64,000 nucleotides of DNA from the human T2T-CHM13v2.0 reference genome, Homo sapiens: the NCBI RefSeq assembly GCF_009914755.1, contig NC_060941.1. One strand, written 5' to 3'. Positions 14,867 to 26,248 of the stretch are shown one piece after another. The translations under genes and the position numbers were made by a program. The notes below the pieces were generated by a model. It saw only the letters and a program-made list of their open reading frames with translations, ran no database searches and was not told where the DNA came from. Each line of letters begins with the position of its first letter. Positions within the stretch are counted from its first letter, which is position 1.

Positions 14867-15919
14867 GCAGGCAGGCTTTGAGAATACTGTTATAGAAAAT
14901 GATTTTTATTGGACTGAAAAAAAGAAGTCATTAATCTATTAGTAGGTTGTCTTTAATTTTCAAAACCCCTCTTGGAAGGATAGCATGATAATAATATAGT
15001 ATATAGTGATAATAATGATTACTCATTATTTCAAGCAAAAGGCAATTTGAATGTATAAATGTTGTCTTACCATGTATCAGTTCTAGTGATTATAAATATT
15101 ACAGTCAGTGCAAACTATTGATATAGGGATGCTTATTACATTCATATTTACATTTACTTAGCCAATTATAATGAAGAATAAAGGTCTTAGCAGTACATAT
15201 ACAGGCAAAATTTTGTTAAAACCAAGTTCAGATTTAGAGATAGGGCACAGTTGTATTATGTCATTGCCTCAATATTTATCTTAACCTCTGTGATTAGAAG
15301 TAAATACGAACAAGACTGCTTTCTTTTCCTGTTAATGAAGAATTCTGCAGAGCTTTACAAAATGGATAGTTTGCTTGGCTAATCGATATTTAGTTGACTC
15401 TCCCTCCTATGCCCATAATGGGTGATGGTACCAAATGCTGAAGGTTGTTTTCTGTCTAGGCACAGCATTCCAACAGAAGTGCCAAGCCATTATTAAGAAT
15501 GGAAATATACCAATCAGTGTGACCATAATTTCCAGTTTTCCCCCAGAGCCAATAAGAGCCCCAGTGCTGTTTGAGGAACAACACTGTCTTTCTGATAGTC
15601 AAACCCCACCTAAGATCCTGGATATAACTAAACATTGCATGTCTAGAACAAACTCTATATAAGACAAATATTTCGTGGATAGAAACCAAGGCAATTATTT
15701 AACAAATGGCCTAAATATTATTGTTAAAGGCAGCTCTTCTTATATTTGTGGTTTCCTAGCAGAGACCCTGACATTTTCACATATTCTAGTTCATGTAAGA
15801 GTGTGTGTTCCTTCTTATGTGTTTTGTCTAAAACTATGATACCCTGACAATAAATGAACAATAATTTAATGATGATGGCCCTGGCTCACCTTCCACCCAC
15901 ACTTTTCTCATTCTTTGAC

Positions 15920-16260
15920 TAAATCCAATTTGTTATCCACAGGGCTGCCACCATGTTGTTTCTTTGTTAAATGCATATTTGACCAAATCAGTTAACTGTT
16001 TGAAAATCTTTAGTGACCCTCCCCCTTTCATCTTTCCATTATGTATAGAAGATTTCAGATAGTTTAGCATTGTGTACAGATATGATAAGCTGGCTCTTAC
16101 TTATTAATCATAAAATTTAATATGCATCTGAAGAGTGGTAACTCCAATTATTTGCAGTTTATCTGGAAATACTGAGCTAACTCCTGAATGTCTTTACAAA
16201 ACCTTTCCCTCTCACCTCAGGCAGTTTCCATACTTGATTATATACATGCTAGATGCCATG
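15920..16260 (+). mobile_element. L2 fragment, followed by (TCCA)n at ~16306-16345
   Basis: TCCACAGGGCTGCCA...TTTCTTTGTTAAATGCATATTTGACC resembles L2. Confidence 0.5.
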
Positions 16261-16569
16261 CTGTTTTACTAATGGGTCCTTCATGTCTGTCTGTCTATAT
16301 ATTGATCTATCCATCTATCCATCCATTCATCCATCCATCCATCCAGCTATCTAACTATTGCTTCAAAAAAGATAAGGTTCTTAAATTAAACTATCAAAAG
16401 GTTATATTATATAGTTCTTGATTCAAAGAAAAAGTAATATAACATGGTTTAAGAAAAAACATTTTTTAAAAATTATGTGCTTTTGATCAAACTGCTAGAT
16501 ACAGTATACATAAGAGATGAGAATTTAGACTTTGTACACAATATTTGAAAGTATTTGTTACACACAGAG

Positions 16570-17100
16570 TACAAAAGTCAGCATTCTATCATATTTCCTT
16601 GACTAGTTTACATAATAATTCCTTAAAGAGGTTAATTAAAAAATAATTCAACATTTTAGTACTCTTTGATCCAATGGTTTTATTTCTGGTAATCTTTAAT
16701 AAAGATATAATTGCAAGTGTAGATGAAGGTTTTATGCACAATACCATTTAATGTACCAAAACTAGAAATAATCTAAATTTCAACAGATGATTAAGTTATT
16801 GTGTAATAATATAATGAAATATTATTTTCTCACTGAAAAACTTAGAAGAAGTTACGACAACATTAAAATATAAATAGGATAACATTAAGTTAAGGAGTTA
16901 AAATTACATATAAAGTGTAGTCTCAACTTTGCTAACAATTATATAAAAATCAATTCTAAGAAATTATATGAAACTACTAATAATGATTACATTGGATGGT
17001 GACATACATTTTTTTCCTTTTTTCTTTGTATTTACCATTACCTGTTTTGCAAATTCTCCTTTGAGTGTGCATAATGTTTACAGTTTAAAAATAAACTTTA
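16570..17100 (+). mobile_element. Degraded L1ME/L1MC 3' region
   Basis: CTTTGATCCAATGGTTTTATTTCTGGTAATC...AAAACTAGAAATAATCTAAAT. Confidence 0.55.
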
Positions 17101-17309
17101 CTTAAAACAGAGAATTAAGCAGAACCAAGAGAATGTGGTAATTCTACAGCAGTGCTTATAGGGTCTGAACATAATCTGTTGTAGTCTTCTAAAGATTATT
17201 CTTCCTTAAATCTTATTTAAACAGTTTTGTTAACAAACATATCAAGTAAGCTATATGATCTAGTTATAGACTTTACATAGTTTCATTAGGTTAGAAAAAA
17301 ATTAGCCGG

Positions 17310-17869
17310 TAAATACCATTTGACCCAGCAATCCCATTACTGGGTATATACCTATATACCCAACAGAATATAAATCATTCTTTTACAAAGATACATGGAC
17401 ATGTATGTTTATTGTAGCACTATTCACAATAGCAAAGATATAGAACCAACCCAAATGCCCATCAATGATAGACTGGGTAAAGAAAATGTGGTACACATTC
17501 ATCACGGGATACTATGCAGCCATAAATAGGAATGAGATTATGTCCTTTGCAGGGACATGGATGAAGCTGGAGGCCATCATCCTCAGCAAACTACCATAGA
17601 AACAGGAAACCAAACACTGCATGTTCTCACTCATAAGTGGGAGCTGAACAAGGAGAACACATGGACATGGGGAGGGGAGCAACACACACCAGGGACTGTT
17701 GGTAGGGGACGAGGGGAGGGAAAGCATCAGGACAAATAGCTAATGCATATGGGGCTTAATACCTAGGTGACAGGTTGATAGGTGCAGCAAACCACCATGG
17801 CACGTGTTTACCTATGTAACAAACCTGCACGTTCTGCACATGTATCCTGGAACTTAAAGTAAAAATAAA
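17310..17869 (+). mobile_element. 5'-truncated L1PA8-10-like 3' end
   Basis: AAATACCATTTGACCCAGCAATCCC...GGTTGATAGGTGCAGCAAACCACCATGGCAC...AACTTAAAGTAAAAATAAA. Confidence 0.92.
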
Positions 17870-17870
17870 C

Positions 17871-18246
17871 GGATGGCATCATCTGCAAATAGTGATAGTT
17901 TTACTTTACACAATGGGAAACTTTTATTTCTTTTTCTTGCCTATTGTCCCAGGTAGACCTTCTAACACAATGTTAAATAACAGTAATGAGAGCAGACCTC
18001 CTTGTCATGTTCCTGATATTAGGGTAAAAGCTTTCAGGTTTCCACAATTGAGTATGGCGTTGACTGTGGGTTTTTCATGGCTTCCCTTTATCAGGTTGAG
18101 AAAGTTCCCTAGTTTGTTGAGTTTTTTTTTATTATTATTATGAAAGCACGATGGATTTTGCCAAATGCTTTTTTCTGTATCTATTGAGTTGAGATGATCA
18201 TGGGGGGCTTTTTCTTAATTCTATTAAAATGATGTATTATATTGAC
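17871..18246 (-). mobile_element. Old L1M ORF2 fragment, antisense (probably transduced; see findings)
   Basis: CATCATCTGCAAATAG...CCTTGTCATGTTCCTGATATTAGGG...GATTTTGCCAAATGCTTTTTTCTG. Confidence 0.85.
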
Positions 18247-18947
18247 AAAAAAATTAGTCATTGATTTGGTTTGGAGATATGCAACAGCTTTCTCATTGGC
18301 AGCTCATTAAAGTGAGTTAGTAAAATACCTCTCAAGAAATTAAAGCATACTTTCTTCTCATCTATTAGAATTTCAAACATGTGAAAAGACTTCAGCTTAT
18401 CCAGCTATACGTATCAAAGGAATACTTAAATTAACTTTTATTTTTTACTTGAGGCTACTTTTCATTTGAACTTTTCAAATTTTCAAACTAATTGAGAATT
18501 TATTGAACATTTTCTTGTTAAATATTGAAGAGATTATGTAATTTTGATATTCCTCTGTGGAAAATATCGCATCAACATTAAGCCAACTGTTATAAAATGT
18601 TTCATTGAAAACTTACAGGAACTTTGGCAATTTAATGCATCATAAGAAACTCTGAGTGCTTTTATTTCATCAGCTACTCATCTCTGATTATGTAACTCAG
18701 CTAAAGTTACAGTTAACATAGGAAACAGACAATAAACAATTGACCCTAAATGATCCCTCCAAAAAAGCAAATTTGCACAAGAGAAAAAATATGTATTGGG
18801 ATCAAATAGTGAAGTCCAAAGCCTTTGCTTTACCATAAAAAAAATAGAAACATCTCCATTGAAATTATGGAATTACATAAGCCTATGTCTTTATTTAAAA
18901 GTACCTTTGACCTGTGCTTCACCTTACATTAAATCGAAAGACATGTA

Positions 18948-19585
18948 ATAATAATAGTAACGATGACCACTTATTGAGCAATCAGTATGTGTACATATTA
19001 AGATTTTTTAAATATTAAATAAATCATTTTATTTAATTTAAATAAACATTACTGAAACACAACATGCATATAGAAAAATGCATCTCTTTTTTTTTTTTTT
19101 TTTTTTTTTTGAGACAGTCTTGCTCTGTCACCCAGACTGGAGTGAAGTGGTGCGATCTCGGCTCACTGCAACCTCTGCCTCCTGGGTTCAAGTGATTCTC
19201 CAGCCTCAGCCTCCTGAGTAGCTGGGACTATAGACATGCACCACCATGCCTGGCTACATTTTTTTGTATTTTTGGTAGAGATGGGGTTTCATCATGTTTC
19301 CCAGGCTGGTCTCGAACTCCTGAGCTCAGGTGATCTGCTAGCTTCAGCCTCCCAAAGTGCTAGGATTACAGGTATGAGCCACAGTGCCCGGCCTAGAAAA
19401 ATACATAAATCATAAGTAAAGAACTTTTGTGATTTTTCAAAAGACGAGTCCGTCCTGTGGCAATCACCAACATTAAGAAGTAGAACACATAGGAAGGTAA
19501 CGTAACCGTGGTCACAAAGCCAATGAACAGCAGATCTGGATCTGAAATCCAGGTCTGCCTGATTTTAAAAGCATTGTTTTCATAA
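18948..19585 (-). mobile_element. MIR split by an L1ME 3' stub (~19025-19490), itself split by an Alu
   Basis: MIR 3' part CACTTATTGAGC at ~18970; MIR 5' part GGTCACAAAGCC...GAAATCCAGGTCTGCCTGA at ~19510-19562. Confidence 0.55.
19084..19393 (-). mobile_element. AluS (Sx/Sz-like)
   Basis: Poly-T; CTCAGGTGATC; TSD TAGAAAAAT[G/A]CAT at 19071-19083 and 19394-19406. Confidence 0.95.
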
Positions 19586-19775
19586 TGTATCTTTGATCAT
19601 CATAATTTGGTGACTCCAGTTACTGTATATTTATGTGAGAATTTTATTGGTTCATTCTAAATGCTTCACAATTTGAAAGGAAGAATCAAAATTAGAATTA
19701 AAAACCCTGCATCTTCAAAGTGACTCGGAAAAACAGGTGACAGACTTTCTTGCCTAAGATGGGCTTCTACTACAT

Positions 19776-19981
19776 CAGGGTTTCTCATCTTGGTCCGACT
19801 GACCCTGGGGTGGATAATTTTTGTCAACGGGAGACTGTTCCACTGGAGGATATTTAACACCATCCCAAGACTTTACTCACTACATGCCAGCAGTACACAC
19901 CAGCTGTGACAACCAAAACCGGTTCCTGATAATGCGAAACATCCTGCAGGAGGGAAAATTACCTTTGGTTGAGAACTGTTG
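19776..19981 (-). mobile_element. MER20 hAT-Charlie DNA transposon
   Basis: CAGGGTTTCTCA...GGATAATT...TGTGACAACCAAAA...GGTTGAGAACTGTTG with terminal inverted repeats. Confidence 0.85.
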
Positions 19982-20584
19982 ACCAACAGTGAAAGGTGAT
20001 TGTGTCTAGGATGTGCCATTTATGTCAGTTTTGTAATATGTTTCCTCTTTATTGGCTGAAACTGAGATGTATAAATAAATTTGTTTTTCAAACTTCCCCT
20101 AAATCTGGAGGATGAAAAAACTTAAATTCAATAGGAAATATGCAGTGGAATCTGCACCTTCAGAAATAAGACAAAATAGACGGGAAATGGTGGCAAGTGC
20201 TTTCCTGGTTTTTTCTTCTCTGAATAAAAAAATCTATAAAACAATAAATAAGCTGCCAAGTTCAGCATAGCTTAGCCTTGTCTTTCATAATTCCCCATGG
20301 TGTACTTGAAGGAAAAGACTTTAATTCCTATTGAACTTTTATCCAAATTTGGTAAAAAGCAATATAAATCTCTGGTCCTCTGCCATTCTCCTACTTGTCA
20401 CATCATCGCTCCTTCTTTCCAGTGTGAGGAATTTAGCTGTTTTCAAGAGGGTTGGAAACTGTAAGCCATGCTGCAATTCTGGAAAATGTGCTATGTATGG
20501 ATTGCAACAAAGTAGTAATACCTGATATCCTGACATGGGTTAAAACATTTTAACTTGGCATCAGATCAACTGCTAAATAAATCC

Positions 20585-20690
20585 ACGTAGTTACTTGAGG
20601 GTAGAAACTTGTACTTACCCACTGTTTGAATTCAAACCCTTGAAACAGTGTTTAGCACATAGTGAAACTAATAATAGCTAATATTCACTA
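20585..20690 (+). mobile_element. L2 3' end
   Basis: TTGAGGGTAGAAAC...ACAGTGTTTAGCACATAGT. Confidence 0.55.
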
Positions 20691-20765
20691 AGTACTTTTA
20701 TAACTAAAAAGAATAAATATTCAAAGAATATGTTTTCCATATTGATTTCCAGAAAAAATATGAAT

Positions 20766-20801
20766 TCTCTCTCACACACGCACACACACTCTCTCTCTCT
20801 C
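20766..20801. repeat. (CT)n(CA)n(CT)n compound microsatellite
   Basis: Direct read. Confidence 0.9.
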
Positions 20802-21574
20802 TTAAAAAATTATGCTGTGCCTCCATGATCCCTATTTAAATGAAGAACTTGCTACCCCAAACATATCTCATTACATTATAGAAGCAGTCAGTCAACTATG
20901 TGTTTTTTATCATATAATACCAACATTGTGCTAGAACATCTGTAATTTTTAAAATGTATTGCAAATTAAGGGCAGAAAACTGCCCATGAAATCTAAATAT
21001 GTTGGGGTATATTAGAGGAAAAAATAAAGATTAAAATAACTATAATGTACTTTATTTGAAAGATAAAGGGAAAAATTTGTAACATTTAAAGTCACAGTCA
21101 CTGCACAATGAACATAAAAGTTAAACAATTATCGCAATAAAAATAGCTAACAAATGTATCACTTACGGTATACATCTGCATTACTGATCACTAATAAATA
21201 TTTGCTTTCGAACCATGAAGAAAGCAGAAGGGCATGGACAAATGCGTTCACCTTGGCTATACAATTTGTATTTTTTTCATTTTTTTGATGTGCTTTTTGC
21301 TGCCAATGTAATCAATAAGTAGATTGTGTCATATCACAAGGTGAAGAAAAGTAATATATAAATTTTACTATATACAACATACTGTTCCTAAATATCAAGA
21401 ACTCATGGATGTTATTTGGGTTTGTGTACAGCTTTATTCTACCATTTGCATTTCATTATATTTGCTTTTTTGTGCCTTTACCTGTACTGTTTCCTTTGCT
21501 GGAAACATGTTATACCTTCTTAAAAGGTATTATTTTCATTTAATCCATTATTGAATGTAGCCTTGGTTGGTAAA

Positions 21575-21790
21575 TTTCCTGAGGCTATCACCTTGAATCA
21601 GATTGCTTTTCTATAAACTTCCGCTGCATCCTCCATAAAAACTTAACATGGCACCCACTACACTGAATTATAATTGGTAGTTTACTTATCTGCCCTTCTA
21701 TATTTCCTGTGAATACCAGTAGGGAAGGATTCATCTTGACTTTACTACATGTTAAGGGCTTAATAAATGAATAGATAAAGAAGGAAAGAA
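21575..21790 (+). mobile_element. L2 3' fragment
   Basis: CACTACACTGAATTATAATTGGTAGTTTACTTATCTG...TAATAAATGAAT. Confidence 0.5.
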
Positions 21791-22217
21791 AAGATGAACT
21801 AAATGTTAAATGCTCAGTATAAGCACACAGGCAGAGAGCAATGTGCTCCACCAAAAACCAGTGCAACATAGCTTATGTAAACAAAGACAGATTTCCTAAA
21901 TAAAAGTTTGACCTTAAAAGAAAAAAATTAATTTCAAGGAAAAAAGTAAAAGCCTTATTGCAGGAAGTTTTTTCTCTTCTAACCATTTCATACATTTTAT
22001 CTTTATATTTAATATGCATCTTTAGAGGGAGAAAATAATTATAATTTATAAATATATGCAATGCTGTGTAAACAAAACATGCCAGCATGCAATGTCATCT
22101 AAAGTCTCAAGCTGGTATAATCTCAAATAGACTTCCAAACAGAAATTTAGGCCTCTAGCTTCAAAACTTAAGATTATACCTAAAATACATCATTCATACA
22201 TCGTTACCAATATCAGA

Positions 22218-22354
22218 ACTCACCCATTAAATCCTACAGTGAAGGAGTGTCTGCGCTCGGATATACACAAAGGTAATTTGACAGTTGTGCAGTAAATATT
22301 TAGCTGCAGGGACCTAAAATTGCCAGAGTTTATAGGCTTGGGCATTTGATGTCA
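22218..22354 (-). promoter_or_regulatory. Candidate TATA promoter plus short first exon with GT donor
   Basis: Minus strand TGACATCA (22347-22354), TATAAA (22329-22334), ATGG|GTGAGT donor (22218-22227); unique sequence. Confidence 0.3.
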
Positions 22355-23894
22355 CTTCTGGCTTGCTTTTCAGGGCTAACATTTTGCAGTGTAAGCTGAA
22401 TTGTTAACTCCTATTTTTTTTTTCCCCCTGAGTTGAAGGTAGTTTTGGGGCTATACTAAATCTAACAATCTTGGCCAGACAAACTGAGAATGTTGCTGTG
22501 TTGAGCTTGTAATATTAACCCAATAAATTTCCCGGTGTTTAATAAGATTAATGCCCCTGTAACCTAATTCACAACTGATGGCAGCTTTAAGACCCCTTTT
22601 CTCCTGGTAGGGGCAGGCTTCCAAATGCTATGGAGGCAACCCTCAGCAAAGTAAATGGTACTAGGCAACTATTTCCAAATAACTACTGCCTCCTAGGGTA
22701 AGATACTCACATTCGTTTTACTGCCCTAATTGTAGAATTTCTCTCCTTATCTTTAATCAATTCGGGGGAAGTTTAAAAGCAATTCAAACTATACTTTTTT
22801 TTTTCAGATGTATTTCAAAATCAAAGAAAATTTTCTCTATCACTTCAGAGATGGTAGAAGAGAAGGAGAAAGAGGATTAATTCTTATGTATCTGCAATTG
22901 GCCTTTCTGAGAACCAAGCATCTCTATAACTGGCTGTAATAATTTACTCTTGTGTGGAAGTGCACATAAATGACAGTCATTTTTATTATAGGCCTTGAGA
23001 AAGCAGAATTCGTGTTTATTAGACATATTTAATTTAGTGTCTCACACAGTGCTCATTCACAAGCATCCATAACACATTACCACATAGAAGGAAAACCACA
23101 GGGCACCTGAATTCAGAAAATACATGCAACATAGAGCATTCTGCATGAATCGCTATGCATTATCTGGTGAAACCCTTCAGGAGGTACTCTTTCTATCAGA
23201 GATATGATTTTAACTAGCTTAGTTCCCTCAACTCACCAAGAGGTTTGTGATGTTTTATTTTTTATTATCTCCTTTATAATTAAATAACCATTGGGTAAGA
23301 TGTATTCAAACTAAACTGAAATCGCTCTCATTTGGCAAGAGCCCAAGTCTTAATATTAACACATGTTTAAAGACTTTTAGTACCATGATGCACCAAATGC
23401 TCATAGAAAAATCGGCATTTTCCCCGACAGATGAACATTGAATCTATTATTTATTATTGCATTAAATACATGCCATATGCACACTCAGGGAAATAACATT
23501 ACGCATCAATTCCAAGATACAGTGGTGCCCATATTACAGGGTGCCTTGTTTCCAGATCATAAACTTGACTTCAAGTTTCATGTTTCGGAAAGTACAAAAC
23601 TTCTATTAACTATTCATCTTAAGAAATGCCTGTTGCTTTATGTGGCTTGAAGTAACATAATAACAAAGGAAAGAAGTAACAAAGGAAAAGGCAGACATCT
23701 CTGATAGTCACTTCTAGTTCTTCTCACTAAGCAGGTGGTGATAACCTTCTTTTTAATAGTCAAAGAAAATATAATGTTTTCCAACCAAGGTGTGAAGCAG
23801 GAAAAATCAACTAACCCAATATTGAATTGTGGTAGCAATTTAATACTAGGTCCATGATTTTTTAAAATAAATTTTTTTCTATTGTTTTTTCTAA

Positions 23895-24062
23895 TTCCTA
23901 CTGTCCAAATCTGTAAAACACGGCCAATAATGTACTAACATCATAGAGTTGCATAAGGATTAAAAGAAATAACATTTGCAAAGTACTTAGTGCTATGCAA
24001 AGTAATTAGCATTTGGAAAAGAATAAATAATAAATGTTTAATATAATTGTTCTTATAATTAT
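23895..24062 (+). mobile_element. MIR fragment
   Basis: ATCTGTAAAA...CATAGAGTTGCATAAGGATTAAAAGAAATAACATTTGCAAAGTACTTAG. Confidence 0.7.
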
Positions 24063-24154
24063 CATTTAATTAAAAGTTTTAAAATGTAGACCTCACCCTT
24101 GGAGAAAAATTTTACTATTCGCTTGAAATTTTACCTTCAAATATGTATTTTTGT

Positions 24155-24835
24155 TTCATTCATTAGAAGATTTATGGAGCTCTTCTTTCTTCCGGCATTT
24201 TGCCAGACAAAGGATACGATCATGATCAAAACAGACATAATTCTTTCCCTATGCATCTTGCAAAATAGTTGAGAGAGAGACACAATTATTATATTACTAT
24301 AAATTGTAATACTTTTTAGAAAGGAAAGAAGGTGGTAAGAGAACTTTCAAGAAGATCTAATGTAAGATACTATTGCCAGTTAAAATACAGACAGGTCATG
24401 CAATATTTAAGAAATTCTTGTGCTAAAAATATGCGTTGTTTGTTTGAAATTCTTAGTTGACCAGTCAGCCTGTTTTGTTTACGAAATCTGGTGACCCTAA
24501 TCTGAGTAAAGACTTCCTCTAGAGGAATTGGCTAGAGTTGAGAATTTAAAAATGAATAGGCATTGGCAAGGTGAAGGGGATGCAGAATTATGGAGCTTTA
24601 CTAAGTCAAGAGCGTACAGCATCTTCAAATATCCTAAGTTGGGAAGCAACATTAGTGCCTTTTAAAAATGAAAAGTACAGTATAGCTGGAGCTCAAAGTG
24701 TGAGAGAAAGCATGTTTCATGTAACTGGAAAGGTAGGTAGGTCTAGATAAGCAAGGATCTTGATCCATATTTTGATTGACTAGAAGTCACTGACAGGCTT
24801 TAGGCAGAAGAGTAGCATCAGATTTGCATTTTAAC
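24155..24835 (-). mobile_element. L2 fragment interrupted by MER53
   Basis: TTCATTCATT 3' end; AAAGACTTCCTCTAGAGGAA...AGTCACTGACAGGCTTTAGGCAG...CAGATTTGCATTTTAA. Confidence 0.7.
24369..24498 (+). mobile_element. MER53-like hAT element, internally deleted
   Basis: TTGCCAGTTAAAATACAG...CATGCAATATTT...AAATCTGGTGACCCT. Confidence 0.65.
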
Positions 24836-25302
24836 CACAGGCTCCTTTCCAAACTCACTTTAAGTGCATGACTCTCTTGGCAAAGCCGCTCCAGTATGTA
24901 CTTATTGATGAGTCAAATCCCCAAGGAAAGTCAAGGAAAAAATACTAAATATATGAACATAAACAGCCACTTGGAAAGGGTAAGCGTGTTGACGTGCTGT
25001 AATGGGTGTCTAAATGCTGAATTCTACAGGTGAAAGACATGTCAGAGATGAGTACTATGGACAAGTCTGAGATGGTGGTGGCTAAATATTTATGGTTATA
25101 TTCAATTGTTATTTTTACCAGGATAATTACCATGTCAAAAGAAATGTATGTTGGAAAGATGCTTGGTACATATCATCAAATCCCTAGAAGGCGATCCTTG
25201 AAATCGAATATTGTGAAAATTATGTAGGTATATTTTGCCCTATTATAATTTATGAAGGACATTTTGTTTTACTATTGACTACCCAGTAACAATTAACATG
25301 AA

Positions 25303-25447
25303 GTATTAGAAAGAGGTTAGATTTTTCAAAAGACACTGTCCTGAGTTTAAATTTTGGCTCTGCCAGTTTTTACCTATATGATCTAAGGAATTACTTAGCC
25401 TAGCTAAGCTGAATCTCCTCAGTTATGACATAAGAATTATTCCTGCC
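25303..25447 (+). mobile_element. MIR fragment
   Basis: CCTGAGTTTAAATTTTGGCTCTGCCA...TTACTTAGCC. Confidence 0.65.
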
Positions 25448-26218
25448 TTTTCTCCCTTCCTCCCTTTGCCCAGCTAACTGGATTTTGGAAAGCAGTCAGC
25501 GAATCATACTGTTCTTTGGATTCTACTGTATAATAAAGATGCTATGATAGCTACTCATATCATTCAATGGATACTCATTTCTGTTTTAAAAAGTGTAGTT
25601 AGAATAAGAAGGTGGAAAGTTGTTTAGATAAAGCTCTCAAATAATATAAACATCTGGGAGTTAGTAGAGAAAAGAACAATGTTGAACATAGCTTTAGATA
25701 GTTCATTTTATTTGAAAGACAAATAAAAAAATTATAGTCATTCCATGATGATTACATGAAGTTGTTAAACTTAAACACCAAGGAAAATAATTAACGTGTA
25801 TATCACAATGCTATACTACATTTTTATGCATCACTAATAAAGATTTGCTTCCGAATCTATGTAGAAGACTGTGTAGCAGCATTAATAAACACTGTCCATC
25901 TCCCCATTTGATATTTAAAATGAATTTTCAGTTTTACAATATGATACGTCATTAAACATGTATCTTTATTTTTCTCTTCTCCATATATAGGCAATAACAG
26001 ATGCTCTGTAAATATTTAAGTTAATGAATGAGTGGATGAATTTTAGACATTTGTGATTAAAAGCATAACAACCACACAATACAATGTTTAAATACCTAAA
26101 GCCCACAAAACATGTAGCAGTTTTAATGTTTCCTAACTGAATCCTTTGTTTAAGCCAGTAAGATTTGTTCACAGTATCTGACACTCCTACACTTGTTCAC
26201 ATTACTGCTTAGCTCTTG

Positions 26219-26248
26219 CTAGAACTTAAAGTATAATAATAAAAAAAA
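26219..26248 (+). mobile_element. Ultra-short L1PA terminal stub
   Basis: CTAGAACTTAAAGTATAATAATAAAAAAAA is the L1PA terminus. Confidence 0.6.

Noticed and set aside
22320-22346. MPKPIN peptide matching the ezrin/radixin N-terminus
   Set aside because: Similarity ends after six residues; no FERM sequence follows.
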